Shown: piece by piece, positions 1-9,667 of the stretch
Layout: each line of letters starts with the position of its first letter
How positions within the stretch are numbered: position 1 is the stretch's first letter
From: an uncultured Candidatus Saccharibacteria bacterium
GTDB taxonomy: Bacteria > Patescibacteriota > Minisyncoccia > Phycocordibacterales > UBA9973
Length of the DNA: 64,000 nucleotides
Direction of reading: 5' to 3'
Assembly (NCBI GenBank): GCA_964432275.1
Contig: CAYSMH010000002.1
Coordinates: 9,418-73,417, forward strand
Position numbers and translations under genes: made by a program
The notes under the pieces: model-generated
What the model was told of the DNA's origin: nothing
Seen by the model: only the letters and a program-made list of their open reading frames with translations
Databases searched by the model: none

Positions 1-282
1 TACCAGGTATCTGTTGGCGACACTATCACTATCGAAAAGCTTGCTGGTGAACACAAAAAAGGTGACACCATCTCTTTTGACAAGGTACTTCTCGTCGACA
101 ACGGCACAGATACAACAATCGGCACTCCCTATATCGATGGCGCAAAAGTCTCTGGTGAAATCACCGTCATCGGCCGCGCTCAAAAGGTAGTTGTCCTCAA
201 ATACAAACAAAAGTCTCGCTACCAAAAGAAAAATGGTCACCGCCAGCCATACTTCAAAGTAAAGATTACTGCGATCAAATAA
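1..282 (+). CDS. rplU: 50S ribosomal protein L21 (5-prime partial; C-terminal ~93 aa)
   Basis: Frame-1 translation ...KVLLVDNGTDTTIGTPYIDGAKVSGEITVIGRAQKVVVLKYKQKSRYQKKNGHRQPYFKVKITAIK* matches the L21 C-terminal consensus (GHRQ..T); runs off window start. Confidence 0.85.
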   Translation, partial: YQVSVGDTITIEKLAGEHKKGDTISFDKVLLVDNGTDTTIGTPYIDGAKVSGEITVIGRAQKVVVLKYKQKSRYQKKNGHRQPYFKVKITAIK

Positions 283-284
283 AA

Positions 285-316
285 ATTCCTCTCATATCGA
301 GAGGAATTTTTATTCT
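285..316. terminator. bidirectional rho-independent terminator between rplU and recR
   Basis: 10-bp stem aattcctctc/gagaggaatt, 5-nt loop, T-run on + strand and A-run on - strand; overlaps recR stop. Confidence 0.6.
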
Positions 317-915
317 CGTTTCTTAAGCGACGCATTGAGGCTCGCTGCATCAGCATACTCGAGTTCGGCACCGGTCGAGAGACCTCGACCGAGACTTGAG
401 ATAGATATTGCATAGGGAGCAAGTGTCTCACGGACGATGGTGTCGGTATGCTCACCGTTGGGTGTAAGTGGGAAGGCAAGGATGACTTCTAGAGACCCTT
501 GAGAAATATCTTTACTATCTTTTTCTACACGAGTCTTGAGTTCAGCAAGGTTGGTGCCCGCCACAATATCTTTTTGTACAATAGCGATCAGTCCTCCAAG
601 TACAAAGAACAGTCCGTGATACTCAGTCTTGGCAAAACTATCGATATCCTGACTTTTTTCTACTACCAAGAGTTGCTGTTGGTTGCGAGTACTGTCGCGA
701 CAGATATCACACATTCCGACAGTGCCTTCATAAATACGTTTACATCGAGTACACGTGTGTGCTTGTCTGCGAGCATCGAGCAGTGCTGCTGCAAGTGATT
801 GTACGTATTGGTCTGGTTGGGTAAGTATGAAATACGCAAGACGAGCCGCTTGTCTGCGACCAATACCAGGGAATTTTAGAAATAGTTGCGCTAAGCGCTC
901 AAGTTCTCGTTGCAT
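310..915 (-). CDS. recR: recombination protein RecR
   Basis: 201 aa; N-terminal HhH (LPGIGRRQAARLAYFIL), C4 zinc finger CTRCKR...CDICRD, Toprim-like region. Confidence 0.9.
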   Translation of the reverse strand: MQRELERLAQLFLKFPGIGRRQAARLAYFILTQPDQYVQSLAAALLDARRQAHTCTRCKRIYEGTVGMCDICRDSTRNQQQLLVVEKSQDIDSFAKTEYHGLFFVLGGLIAIVQKDIVAGTNLAELKTRVEKDSKDISQGSLEVILAFPLTPNGEHTDTIVRETLAPYAISISSLGRGLSTGAELEYADAASLNASLKKRE

Positions 916-929
916 GTAGAAAGTCGTTG

Positions 930-2315
930 TTAGAAATCATCAAACGATACCTTTTTAGGGACATCAATACCTGCAGCATGAGCTTTGTCGAGCGATAAGA
1001 ACGATGTTGTTTTCGCATCAAAGTGAAGCTGTACTGACCCGACTGCACCGTTACGATGTTTTTCAATCAAAATATCGGCAATATTATCCTTTTCGTCTTT
1101 AAATCGATCTTCACGATGAATGAACATCACGAGGTCGGCATCTTGCTCGATAGATCCTGAGTCACGCAGGTCAGAGAGGCGTGGCTTGCCCCCACGAGTT
1201 TCGACCGCACGAGAGAGTTGTGAGAGCGCAAGTACTGGCACGTCGAGTTCACGAGCAAGCTGCTTGAGCGAGCGAGAGACTTCGGTGATCTGGTTGACCA
1301 TAGAATCGTAGTTTTTGGACGTTTGCATGAGCTGGAGGTAGTCGACGACGATCAGTCCAAGTCCGTGTTCACTCTTGAGACGACGTGCGACTGAGCGCAT
1401 TTTGACAATAGAGTTGCCGGCTTGATCATCGATATAAATGGGTGCCTTTTGAAGACGACTTGCTGCTTCTTGAAGCGTAGTGAAGTGCTGGTTGTTGAGT
1501 CCGTGACCTGTACGAATACTCCACGCATCGACACGACTCTCAGCAGAGAGCATACGCTGTACGAGCTGTTGCGCAGACATTTCAAGTGAGAAAATACCCA
1601 CCGGTGTACCCGAGAGTGCTACATTGCGAGCAATATCGAGCGCAAATGTTGTCTTACCCATACTCGGTCGTGCAGCGAGAATGATAAGATCAGACTTTTG
1701 CAAACCAGCCAAAAGGTTGTCGAGATCAGGGAAGCCCGTTGGTACACCACGAATCTCATCTTTGTGATCACGAAGGTGTTCAATCTGCTCAACTGTTTCA
1801 AGGAGTGATTGTTTGATCGAGACAAATGCATTTTTAGTCTGCATACTGGAGGACACTTTAAATATTGCCTTTTCTGCAGTGTCGAGAATATCAGGCGTCT
1901 CCATATCGTTTTCTTCGTAGGCAAGAGTCGCAATAGACTCAGACGCATCGATCAATGAACGGAGGATGAATTTCTTGTAGACGATATCTGCATAGTGGCG
2001 GACGTTGACGGTAGAAGGGACATTAGACATGAGTTCGTTGATGTATGTGTTGCCACCAACATCTGCAAGTTGTTTCTTTTCTTTGAGAGAGTTAGCGATC
2101 GAGAGTACGTCAATTGGTTCATTTTTCATGGATAAATCCATGATATTGCGAAAGATAATCGCATGCTTTTTCGCATAGAACATCTCGGGGATCAGTAGGT
2201 CGACAATCTCATGGATCGCAGCAGGGCGCAGCATGAGTGCACCAAGTACTGCCTGCTCACTTTCGAGGTTGTGTGGGGGGACCCGTAGATGGGCAAGACT
2301 TTGAGCCTTTTGCAT
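930..2315 (-). CDS. dnaB: replicative DNA helicase DnaB
   Basis: 461 aa; N-terminal DnaB domain (PPHNLESEQAVLGALM), Walker A ARPSMGKTTFAL, RecA-like C-terminal motifs. Confidence 0.9.
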   Translation of the reverse strand: MQKAQSLAHLRVPPHNLESEQAVLGALMLRPAAIHEIVDLLIPEMFYAKKHAIIFRNIMDLSMKNEPIDVLSIANSLKEKKQLADVGGNTYINELMSNVPSTVNVRHYADIVYKKFILRSLIDASESIATLAYEENDMETPDILDTAEKAIFKVSSSMQTKNAFVSIKQSLLETVEQIEHLRDHKDEIRGVPTGFPDLDNLLAGLQKSDLIILAARPSMGKTTFALDIARNVALSGTPVGIFSLEMSAQQLVQRMLSAESRVDAWSIRTGHGLNNQHFTTLQEAASRLQKAPIYIDDQAGNSIVKMRSVARRLKSEHGLGLIVVDYLQLMQTSKNYDSMVNQITEVSRSLKQLARELDVPVLALSQLSRAVETRGGKPRLSDLRDSGSIEQDADLVMFIHREDRFKDEKDNIADILIEKHRNGAVGSVQLHFDAKTTSFLSLDKAHAAGIDVPKKVSFDDF

Positions 2316-2414
2316 AGTATTGATTGTACACTAGTGGAACACTGAGACGAAATGCACAAAAAACTACCATTTAAGCCTTATTTTTGATATATTATGCACA
2401 TGTCTTCCACAACT

Positions 2415-3380
2415 ATGGGCACAAAGAAGCGACTTATTTCTGGCGTTAAACCTACCGGTCGACCACACATTGGCAACTACTTTGGCGCGATGAAGCAGTT
2501 TGTAGAGCTCCAAGACCAGTACGATACATTGATATTTATCGCAGATCTTCACGCACTCAATTTCATCCAGAACAAACAAGAAATGCACGAGCTCTCGTAC
2601 AACCTCGTCCTCGACTATCTCGGGATGGGTCTCGATCCTGCCAAAGTCACCCTTTTCAAGCAGTCTGCAGTCCCAGCACACACACAGCTCATGTGGATAT
2701 TTGAGACACTCATCACCGTCCCTTTTATGATGCGCGCACATGCGTACAAAGACGCCGTGGCAAAAGATATCGAACCCACCATGGGACTCTTTGGCTACCC
2801 AGTACTCATGTCGGCAGACATACTCATCTATGACGCAGACGTCGTACCAGTGGGCCAAGACCAAAAGCAGCACATTGAGTATGCACGCGACATCGCAGGC
2901 AAGTTCAACAACGAGTACACCGAGCTGTTCAAACTCCCGAGTGATCTGATCTTGGACAACGTCGCAATCGTCCCCGGCACAGATGGGCAGAAAATGTCGA
3001 AAAGCTATGGCAACACCATTCCATTGTTTGGTACCGACAAGGAAATAGAAAAAGCAGTCATGAGTATCGCCACTGACTCTCGCGGACCTGACGAAGTGAA
3101 GAACCCCGACGACATGGTGCTCTACCAGATCCACAAACTTTTTGATGCTTCAGAAGAACTAAAAGCGCGATACACTCAAGGCCTCGGGTATGGCGATGCC
3201 AAGAAACTATTGATCAAAGACATCATCGCATTTGTTACTCCAATGCGTGAACGTAGAAAGAAATACGAGGATGACCCCAAACTTGTCGAAGAAATCTTAC
3301 TTCAAGGTGCAATGAAGGCAAATGAAGTGGCGATGAAGAAACTGACAAGTGTCTATGAAGCGGTAGGGTTGACAGGGTAG
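2415..3380 (+). CDS. trpS: tryptophanyl-tRNA synthetase
   Basis: Class I aaRS: HIGNYFG (HIGH-like) and KMSKS motifs; ORF extends to 2394, but TrpRS N-termini typically begin near MGTKKRLISG (ATG at 2415); -10-like tatatt at 2383. Confidence 0.85.
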   Translation: MGTKKRLISGVKPTGRPHIGNYFGAMKQFVELQDQYDTLIFIADLHALNFIQNKQEMHELSYNLVLDYLGMGLDPAKVTLFKQSAVPAHTQLMWIFETLITVPFMMRAHAYKDAVAKDIEPTMGLFGYPVLMSADILIYDADVVPVGQDQKQHIEYARDIAGKFNNEYTELFKLPSDLILDNVAIVPGTDGQKMSKSYGNTIPLFGTDKEIEKAVMSIATDSRGPDEVKNPDDMVLYQIHKLFDASEELKARYTQGLGYGDAKKLLIKDIIAFVTPMRERRKKYEDDPKLVEEILLQGAMKANEVAMKKLTSVYEAVGLTG

Positions 3381-3393
3381 CGAAATAATACAA

Positions 3394-5193
3394 ATGACTA
3401 AAACAAAAAGTTTTATAAAAAGATCGCTACATTTTTTCAGACCGTTCTGGAGGTATTTTATTATTACTGTATTACTAATCATTGTTGGTCAGGCTATTTC
3501 GACGTTTACTCCATACTTGTTTGGTAAAGGTGTAGATGCTGTTATTAACGGTAACGTACGTACCACATTTATTTTCCTGGTTGTTTCTTTTTTGCTTACT
3601 ATCTTACAGGCACAGATTATCCAATACATAAAAGAATACATTGATATTAAAAAACTCGATGTAAATATTGAAAAAGCACTTTCAGTTATTTCACTCAACC
3701 GCATGCTCCGGTTTTCTATTGGACAACACATCAACGAACACTCTGGGGTCAAACAAACAATTGTGAACAAAGGTCAAAATGCACTTATCGGTTTTGTAAA
3801 TACTTTGATATACGAAATCTTGCAGATCGGTATTCAAATATTGGTTACACTCACTATTTTGACACTCTTTGATTGGAGAGTCGGAGCAACGGCGTTTGCA
3901 TTTGTTTTACTCCATATCCTCATTTCCAATAGACGTAATAAGAACTTTTATCCCATTATTGACGCTGTGCGGAAAAAGAACCAAAGCCAGTCAAAGCTCC
4001 AATCTGAGCTCTTTCGAAACTCAACACTTGTAATCACAGAGGGACAAGAAGATAAAACTGTACAAGAATTTAATGAATCCTATACAAAAGTTACAAATTT
4101 TACTATTTCCACATGGATCAAATATATAAAGTCTTACTACGGTCAAAAATTTGTATTAATACTTGGTAGGTACGGGACACTCGCAATTGGTATTTATTTC
4201 ATTTTTATGGGCTATCATTCTGTGGGTATGTTTGTTACATTTTATTCATGGACAGGCTCAATTTTTGACAATATAAACAATCTCATGAACACACAACGAC
4301 GTACAATGTCGCAAATTGTTGAGATCAATAAATATTACGATCTTCTTGATATTATTCCTGATATCAACCCCAACATCGGCGGCAAAACTATTGCGGATCT
4401 AAAAGGTGAAATCCAATTCAAAGACGTAAGCTTCGCATATCCATACCGTCAGTCTGCAGAACAAATAGAAAATGAAGAAGAGTCAGAGGGTAACGAACTA
4501 GAGCATACGGTAGAGAACGTAAGCTTCACGATACCCGCCGGAGCAAAAGTAGGATTTGTAGGGGTATCTGGATCGGGCAAAAGTACTATCGTGAACCTCA
4601 TGCGTCGATACTACGACACCACAAGCGGAGAAATACTGATTGATGGTGAACCCCTCAAGGAACTCGATCTCCACTGGCTCCGTAGTCAGATCGGTAACGT
4701 AGAGCAAAAAATTGACCTCTTTGATCGAAGTATCAGAGACAACATATTGTTCGGACTTCCTGCTCATACAGAAATAAGCGATGAGAAGCTACAAAAAGCA
4801 GTCAAAGATGCATCACTGACCGACTTCGTCACCAAACTCAAAGACCACGGGCTCGACACAGTCATTGGTGAAGGTGGTATCAAGGTCTCTGGCGGAGAAC
4901 GACAACGTGTCGGTATTGCACGAGCTCTTGCAAAAGATCCGTGCATTCTGATATTTGACGAGGCGACATCAGCCCTCGACTCGATGAGTGAACACATCGT
5001 GCAGCAGTCGATAGACGAAGCACGGAAAGGAAAGACGGCGATCATCATTGCTCATCGTCTCTCTACAGTGAAAAACTGTGACAAGATCCTTGTGTTTCGT
5101 CACGGTATTCTCCTTGCGCAAGGTTCGCATGATGAACTCATCATGAGTTGCGAATACTATGCCGATCTCGTGGAGCATCAAATGGTTGCGTAA
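3394..5193 (+). CDS. ABC exporter, fused permease/ATPase (MsbA/multidrug-exporter-like)
   Basis: 599 aa; 6 predicted N-terminal TM helices; Walker A GVSGSGKST, signature VSGGERQRVGIARAL, Walker B ILIFDEATSALD. Confidence 0.85.
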   Translation: MTKTKSFIKRSLHFFRPFWRYFIITVLLIIVGQAISTFTPYLFGKGVDAVINGNVRTTFIFLVVSFLLTILQAQIIQYIKEYIDIKKLDVNIEKALSVISLNRMLRFSIGQHINEHSGVKQTIVNKGQNALIGFVNTLIYEILQIGIQILVTLTILTLFDWRVGATAFAFVLLHILISNRRNKNFYPIIDAVRKKNQSQSKLQSELFRNSTLVITEGQEDKTVQEFNESYTKVTNFTISTWIKYIKSYYGQKFVLILGRYGTLAIGIYFIFMGYHSVGMFVTFYSWTGSIFDNINNLMNTQRRTMSQIVEINKYYDLLDIIPDINPNIGGKTIADLKGEIQFKDVSFAYPYRQSAEQIENEEESEGNELEHTVENVSFTIPAGAKVGFVGVSGSGKSTIVNLMRRYYDTTSGEILIDGEPLKELDLHWLRSQIGNVEQKIDLFDRSIRDNILFGLPAHTEISDEKLQKAVKDASLTDFVTKLKDHGLDTVIGEGGIKVSGGERQRVGIARALAKDPCILIFDEATSALDSMSEHIVQQSIDEARKGKTAIIIAHRLSTVKNCDKILVFRHGILLAQGSHDELIMSCEYYADLVEHQMVA

Positions 5194-5211
5194 TGTACTT
5201 TTATTTAACTT

Positions 5212-5240
5212 AAAGCCCGGCAACCCCGGGCTTTTTTTAT
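5212..5240 (+). terminator. rho-independent terminator after ABC exporter
   Basis: gcccgg-caacc-ccgggc hairpin followed by ttttttt. Confidence 0.6.
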
Positions 5241-5269
5241 TGTCCAATTTATGGCACAATGCTGAAACT

Positions 5270-6694
5270 ATGGAACGAACATACATTGGTGATTTGGGCG
5301 CAAAGGCAGGGGAGACTGTACTGATCAAGGGCTGGATCGATGTGCGTCGCGACCAGGGGAAAATGGTCTTTTTTGACTTCAGAGACATGACCGGCACAAT
5401 CCAAGGTGTTGTGCTTCCTATGCGCCCCGAAGTGATCGAGATAGCCAAGACCTGCCGCCCAGAAACAGTGGTAGCCGTCGAAGGTATCGTCAACAAGCGC
5501 CCAGAGAGAAATGTAGTAGCTGATAAACAAAATGGGGATATTGAGCTCGAAGTAACCGGTATCACCATACTCAACCACGCAGAGCCTCTCCCGTTTGAGA
5601 TCAATGTCGACACCAAAGACGTCGGCGAAGAAACACGCCTCACTCACCGATATCTCGACCTACGATCTGCTCGCATGCAACGCAACATTCGTATGCGTGA
5701 TGCAGTGATCAAGCATGCACGAGACTTCTTGCACAATGAAAAGTTCATCGAAGTAGAAACTCCGATCCTTACAAAAAGTACTCCTGAGGGTGCGCGTGAC
5801 TATGTGGTGCCATCACGTATTTATCCTGGAGCATTTTATGCGCTGCCACAATCACCACAACAATACAAACAGCTTCTGATGAGCGGAGGTATCGAGCGAT
5901 ATTTCCAGATCGCAAAATGTATGCGCGACGAAGACGGACGCGGGGATCGTCAGCCAGAGTTTACACAACTCGACATGGAGCTTTCATTTGTGGATCGTGA
6001 AGATGTGATGAAGCTCAATGAAGCACTCCTCATCGATATCGTCACCAAGCTTTTCCCTAAGAAAAAGATCCAAGAAATCCCATTTCCACGTATCTCATAT
6101 GCAGATGCAATGGCAAAATACGGTAACGATCGTCCAGATATTCGCACCGACAAAGAAGACCCGAACCTCCTCGCATTTTGCTGGGTAGTAGACTTCCCAT
6201 TCTTTGAACGCACTGACAAAAGTGACAACCCTCAAGCAGAAGGCGAGTGGACATTTACCCACAACCCATTTTCTCGCCCAATCGAGGATCATATGGAAAA
6301 CTTGATGGAGAAAAAAGATCTCGCATCTATCCTCACTACGCAGTACGATATTTGTCTCAACGGATACGAAATCGGGGGTGGCTCTATTCGTAACCACACA
6401 TTTGAAGCTCTTGCCAAAGTATTTGAAATCCTCGGGTACAAACTAGAAGACATCGAAACAAACTTTGGTCACATGCTCACTGCATTCAAGACCGGTACTC
6501 CTCCACACGGCGGTATTGCCTGGGGTCTCGATCGCTTCTTGATGCTCCTGCTCAATGAACCAAACATCCGCGAAGTCATCGCCTTTCCAAAGACTGGAGA
6601 AGGGAAGGACCCAATGATGCAGGCACCGTCAGAAATTTCTCAGAAACAGTTAGACGAGCTCAATATTGTATTGAAAAAAATTGAGAAGAAATAA
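5270..6694 (+). CDS. aspS: aspartyl-tRNA synthetase, short form lacking the bacterial GAD insertion (possibly non-discriminating)
   Basis: Class IIb motifs: [29 protein letters not shown] (E. coli AspRS has [24 protein letters not shown]), [22 protein letters not shown]; ORF-track start 5159 rejected because it overlaps the upstream gene and terminator; ATG at 5270 (METMERTY). Confidence 0.85.
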   Translation: [474 protein letters not shown]

Positions 6695-6696
6695 AA

Positions 6697-6726
6697 GAAA
6701 CCCGGAATGTTCCGGGCTTTCTTCTG
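6697..6726 (+). terminator. rho-independent terminator after aspS
   Basis: cccgga-atgt-tccggg hairpin with flanking A/T runs. Confidence 0.55.
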
Positions 6727-6727
6727 A

Positions 6728-7075
6728 TTAATTTTCCAATACTATTATTTTCTCTGCAACATATTTAGCGAATAATTTTTCATTCAATATTCGGTAAGTC
6801 CCTGTCATGTTTTTCATTTTCACTGTCCCATTTCTATCATAAACAGCAAGAATTTCTTTTTTAGCAACCTTCTCACTTAAAGATTTATGGCCAACAGCGA
6901 AGTGAAACAGGACGGCGTCGTCTGAGATATTACTCGGACGTCCGATAACAATGCCTGGTGTGTAATTTACATGAGCATGAGGCGAATAGAATATGTATAC
7001 ATGATCTAATGAGAACTGGAATTTCTTGGTTTTTTTGATTGTAAACATCTTTAAAAGTTTTGATATTTTTACCAT
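6728..7075 (-). CDS. hypothetical protein (weak DUF4160-like H-x-H motif)
   Basis: 115-aa ORF with ATG; segment HVYIFYSPHAHVNY loosely resembles the DUF4160 ..MY..EH.PPHFHa.Y motif; no firm assignment. Confidence 0.4.
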   Translation of the reverse strand: MVKISKLLKMFTIKKTKKFQFSLDHVYIFYSPHAHVNYTPGIVIGRPSNISDDAVLFHFAVGHKSLSEKVAKKEILAVYDRNGTVKMKNMTGTYRILNEKLFAKYVAEKIIVLEN

Positions 7076-7491
7076 TTTATATATAAATTGTCAATACATA
7101 ATATATGTAATGCAAAAAAAGCTAGCTCGTCTCTAAAGTGTAGATAGGATAGTATTCTCCATCTACGATTTGTTCATTCCCAAGGGCATATGAACACACT
7201 GAAACTACGAGGGTGATGACATCGATACTCTGTATCTATCTTCACAAAGGAATATATCCTCTCAAACCGGTGTGCTCATAATATGTAATCTTACCCAGAC
7301 TATCTCACGATAGATCTGGCACCAGCGAGCTTTTCTTATTCTGGTATATCTTCTTTACATTCTCTTCTGATATATCTTTTCCACTTTCGCATAGATACAT
7401 TTCTTTGCTCTGTACCCACAACTTCATACCATTGTTCCTTTTAGCCCTTTTCTGACAATCCAATACCACCGCTTATCTATAAGCATCGCCA

Positions 7492-7530
7492 AAGCCCCTC
7501 TTCACTATAGTGATAGGGGCCTTCTTTTTA
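7492..7530 (+). terminator. putative + strand terminator at end of gene-free gap
   Basis: gcccct-(15-nt loop)-aggggc followed by cttcttttta. Confidence 0.4.
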
Positions 7531-7548
7531 TACGTAAAAAATTAAAAA

Positions 7549-7582
7549 GTCTCCTTATAGTAAAAATACTTATAAGGAGACT
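7549..7582. terminator. bidirectional terminator hairpin overlapping stop of the 7570..8313 gene
   Basis: 12-bp perfect stem agtctccttata/tataaggagact with 10-nt loop; A-run upstream and T-rich downstream. Confidence 0.5.
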
Positions 7583-8313
7583 TTGATGGAATGGTCGTTT
7601 TTGAAAACTCGTGCATTTTCCCAAAAATCTTGCGGTGTATTGTGTATCCCGTTGATGAAAATATTTATGATATCAAGATCATACCCGGCTTCATCGCGGG
7701 CATAATTTGTCGATTGTCGAATGGGTTCCTGGCAAGCTTCTGGAATGAAACTTACTAATGTTTTATAGCCCATATCATTAATCAATTTCATAAAAGGGAG
7801 ATACTCACGTGCACAGCCATGTTTGAGATCGCATGCAGCAAACTCAAAGTTTTTCGTATCAAAGCGGTTGCGAAGCAACATTTCCGAGAAAAAATACTTG
7901 TTTCCATGAAAAGAATAGTTCTTTGGTGGGGTTACAAAATTTTTCTCAGTAATATTATAGTTTTCTGCAATCTTCTGAAACGAAATCGGCAGCGACTGGT
8001 TTTCCTTATAAAATTTTTCACGATAAGGATTACCAGGGGCTCCTGAAGAGTTTTTTGGAATGTGCTGCCAATCATTTACCAATATAGCAATTGAAGAATT
8101 TGGTATGCTTGCCAAATTTGCTCCTACTTTGAATGTCTCCACAGGAACAAGTCCTGCATAACTATTGGAACGTACCGCTAGAGCTTTATCTACATCAGTA
8201 ATATCCTGATAAATAGCTGGAACAATTGTTTCTCCAATTGGCATAATGGAAAAGTGACCACACATAATACAGACCGGACCATTTAATTCGGTAATGAGAT
8301 TTTCTAAGAACAT
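7570..8313 (-). CDS. hypothetical protein (no recognisable domain)
   Basis: 247-aa ORF with ATG; ends in a terminator hairpin; composition typical of window. Confidence 0.55.
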   Translation of the reverse strand: MFLENLITELNGPVCIMCGHFSIMPIGETIVPAIYQDITDVDKALAVRSNSYAGLVPVETFKVGANLASIPNSSIAILVNDWQHIPKNSSGAPGNPYREKFYKENQSLPISFQKIAENYNITEKNFVTPPKNYSFHGNKYFFSEMLLRNRFDTKNFEFAACDLKHGCAREYLPFMKLINDMGYKTLVSFIPEACQEPIRQSTNYARDEAGYDLDIINIFINGIHNTPQDFWENARVFKNDHSIKVSL

Positions 8314-8408
8314 AGAGTAATAATTTATTCTTGTACATTATAACAATATAATAATAATTGTCAAATGTCTCAGTAAAATCAATATAAAAAGGTATACTAT
8401 ACCCATCC

Positions 8409-9146
8409 ATGGAACCAACCCTCCAGCAATTCCAGGTTAAACACGATACCTTTGAAGGACCGATCGAAGTCCTTTTGGAATTGATTGAAAAACGTAAACT
8501 TTTTGTCAACGACGTCTCACTGGCATCCGTCACGGATGACTTCATTTCGTACATCCAATCCAAAGGCATGCACCCTGATATGGTTGCAAACTTCTTGGCA
8601 GTCGCAGCAACACTGATATTGATCAAGGCACGATCACTTCTACCAAACCTCGAGCTCACCACAGAAGAATCTGAGTCAATCACAGATCTTGAACGACGAG
8701 TGGCACTCTATCAGATTATTTCGCACATATCAGGCGACCTGATCAAGCAGTATGGCAAAAAAGTCTCCTATGAAGGAACGGGTCTCCAAACAGGTCCTGT
8801 ATTTGCTCCAGACCCAAACCTGCACATAGAAGCACTATCCACACTTATCGATGGACTTGTCGAAAGAATGCCCAAACCTACACCTATCAAACCAGAGGCT
8901 CGAGTAACAGCTACCGTATCTATAGGAGAGGTTATCGATACACTCATAGAGCGCATCTCTCGCATGACATCGGGTACGTTTAACAGTATTCGCATGCATT
9001 CACCAGATGCCGATGATCGAAGTCAAAAAGTCTATACGATCGTATCATTTCTTGGTATGCTAGAGCTTGTCAGACGCGGTCTTTTGGCAGCTGAGCAATC
9101 AAATCAGTTTGAAGATATTCATCTTCAGCGACAACAAACCCTATGA
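8409..9146 (+). CDS. scpA: segregation and condensation protein A
   Basis: 245 aa; N-terminal FEGPIEVLLELIEKRKL matches the ScpA consensus FEGPLDLLLHLI; translationally coupled to scpB. Confidence 0.85.
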   Translation: MEPTLQQFQVKHDTFEGPIEVLLELIEKRKLFVNDVSLASVTDDFISYIQSKGMHPDMVANFLAVAATLILIKARSLLPNLELTTEESESITDLERRVALYQIISHISGDLIKQYGKKVSYEGTGLQTGPVFAPDPNLHIEALSTLIDGLVERMPKPTPIKPEARVTATVSIGEVIDTLIERISRMTSGTFNSIRMHSPDADDRSQKVYTIVSFLGMLELVRRGLLAAEQSNQFEDIHLQRQQTL

Positions 9147-9667
9147 AAAACGCCATCGAAGCCATCCTTCTTGCAACAGGTGAACCGCAGTCATTTGCGG
9201 TCCTTGCCAAACATCTTGATACTGACGTAGATACTATCGGTACAGCGGTACAGGAACTTATCGCAAGTATGGAGGGGCACGGTATTGTGGTCACTGAACT
9301 CAACCAAGTAGTAAGTCTTGTTACTCGTAGTGACCATGCGCCAATCATCGAAAAGATTCGTAAAGATGAACTTTCAAAAGAGCTTTCTAAGGCATCTGCA
9401 GAAACACTTGCGATTATTGCATATAGCCCAGGGGTAACCAAAAGTCAGATTGAGTTTATTCGTGGGGTCAACGTCTCATATAGTTTGAGATCGCTTCAAA
9501 TGAGAGGTTTAATCGAATCTAAAGGTGTAGGGAGAAGTGTCGGATACTACCCAACATCAGACCTACTCAACCATTTTGGAGTGACATCACTTGATGGGTT
9601 GCCTGCCTATACTGAAACCAAGACAAAGCTCGACACCCTCCTTAGCAGTAGCGAACCAGCACAATGA
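9143..9667 (+). CDS. scpB: segregation and condensation protein B
   Basis: 174 aa; tandem winged-helix ScpB pattern (AIEAILLATGEP..., GVTKSQIEFIRGV); ATGA overlap with mraY start. Confidence 0.85.
   Translation: MKNAIEAILLATGEPQSFAVLAKHLDTDVDTIGTAVQELIASMEGHGIVVTELNQVVSLVTRSDHAPIIEKIRKDELSKELSKASAETLAIIAYSPGVTKSQIEFIRGVNVSYSLRSLQMRGLIESKGVGRSVGYYPTSDLLNHFGVTSLDGLPAYTETKTKLDTLLSSSEPAQ

Noticed and set aside
2364-3134. 256-aa ORF antisense to trpS (similar antisense ORFs at 4969-5643, 26134-26799, 34178-34945, 36675-37199, 8195-8683, 48040-48531)
   Set aside because: They lie fully inside strongly supported genes on the opposite strand, and their translations are low-complexity with unusual composition (Cys/His/Arg-rich). 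They are treated as shadow ORFs.
5159-5269. N-terminal 37-codon extension of the aspS ORF (MPISWSIKW...)
   Set aside because: It overlaps the 3-prime end of the ABC exporter and its terminator hairpin. AspRS homology begins at METMERTY (ATG 5270).
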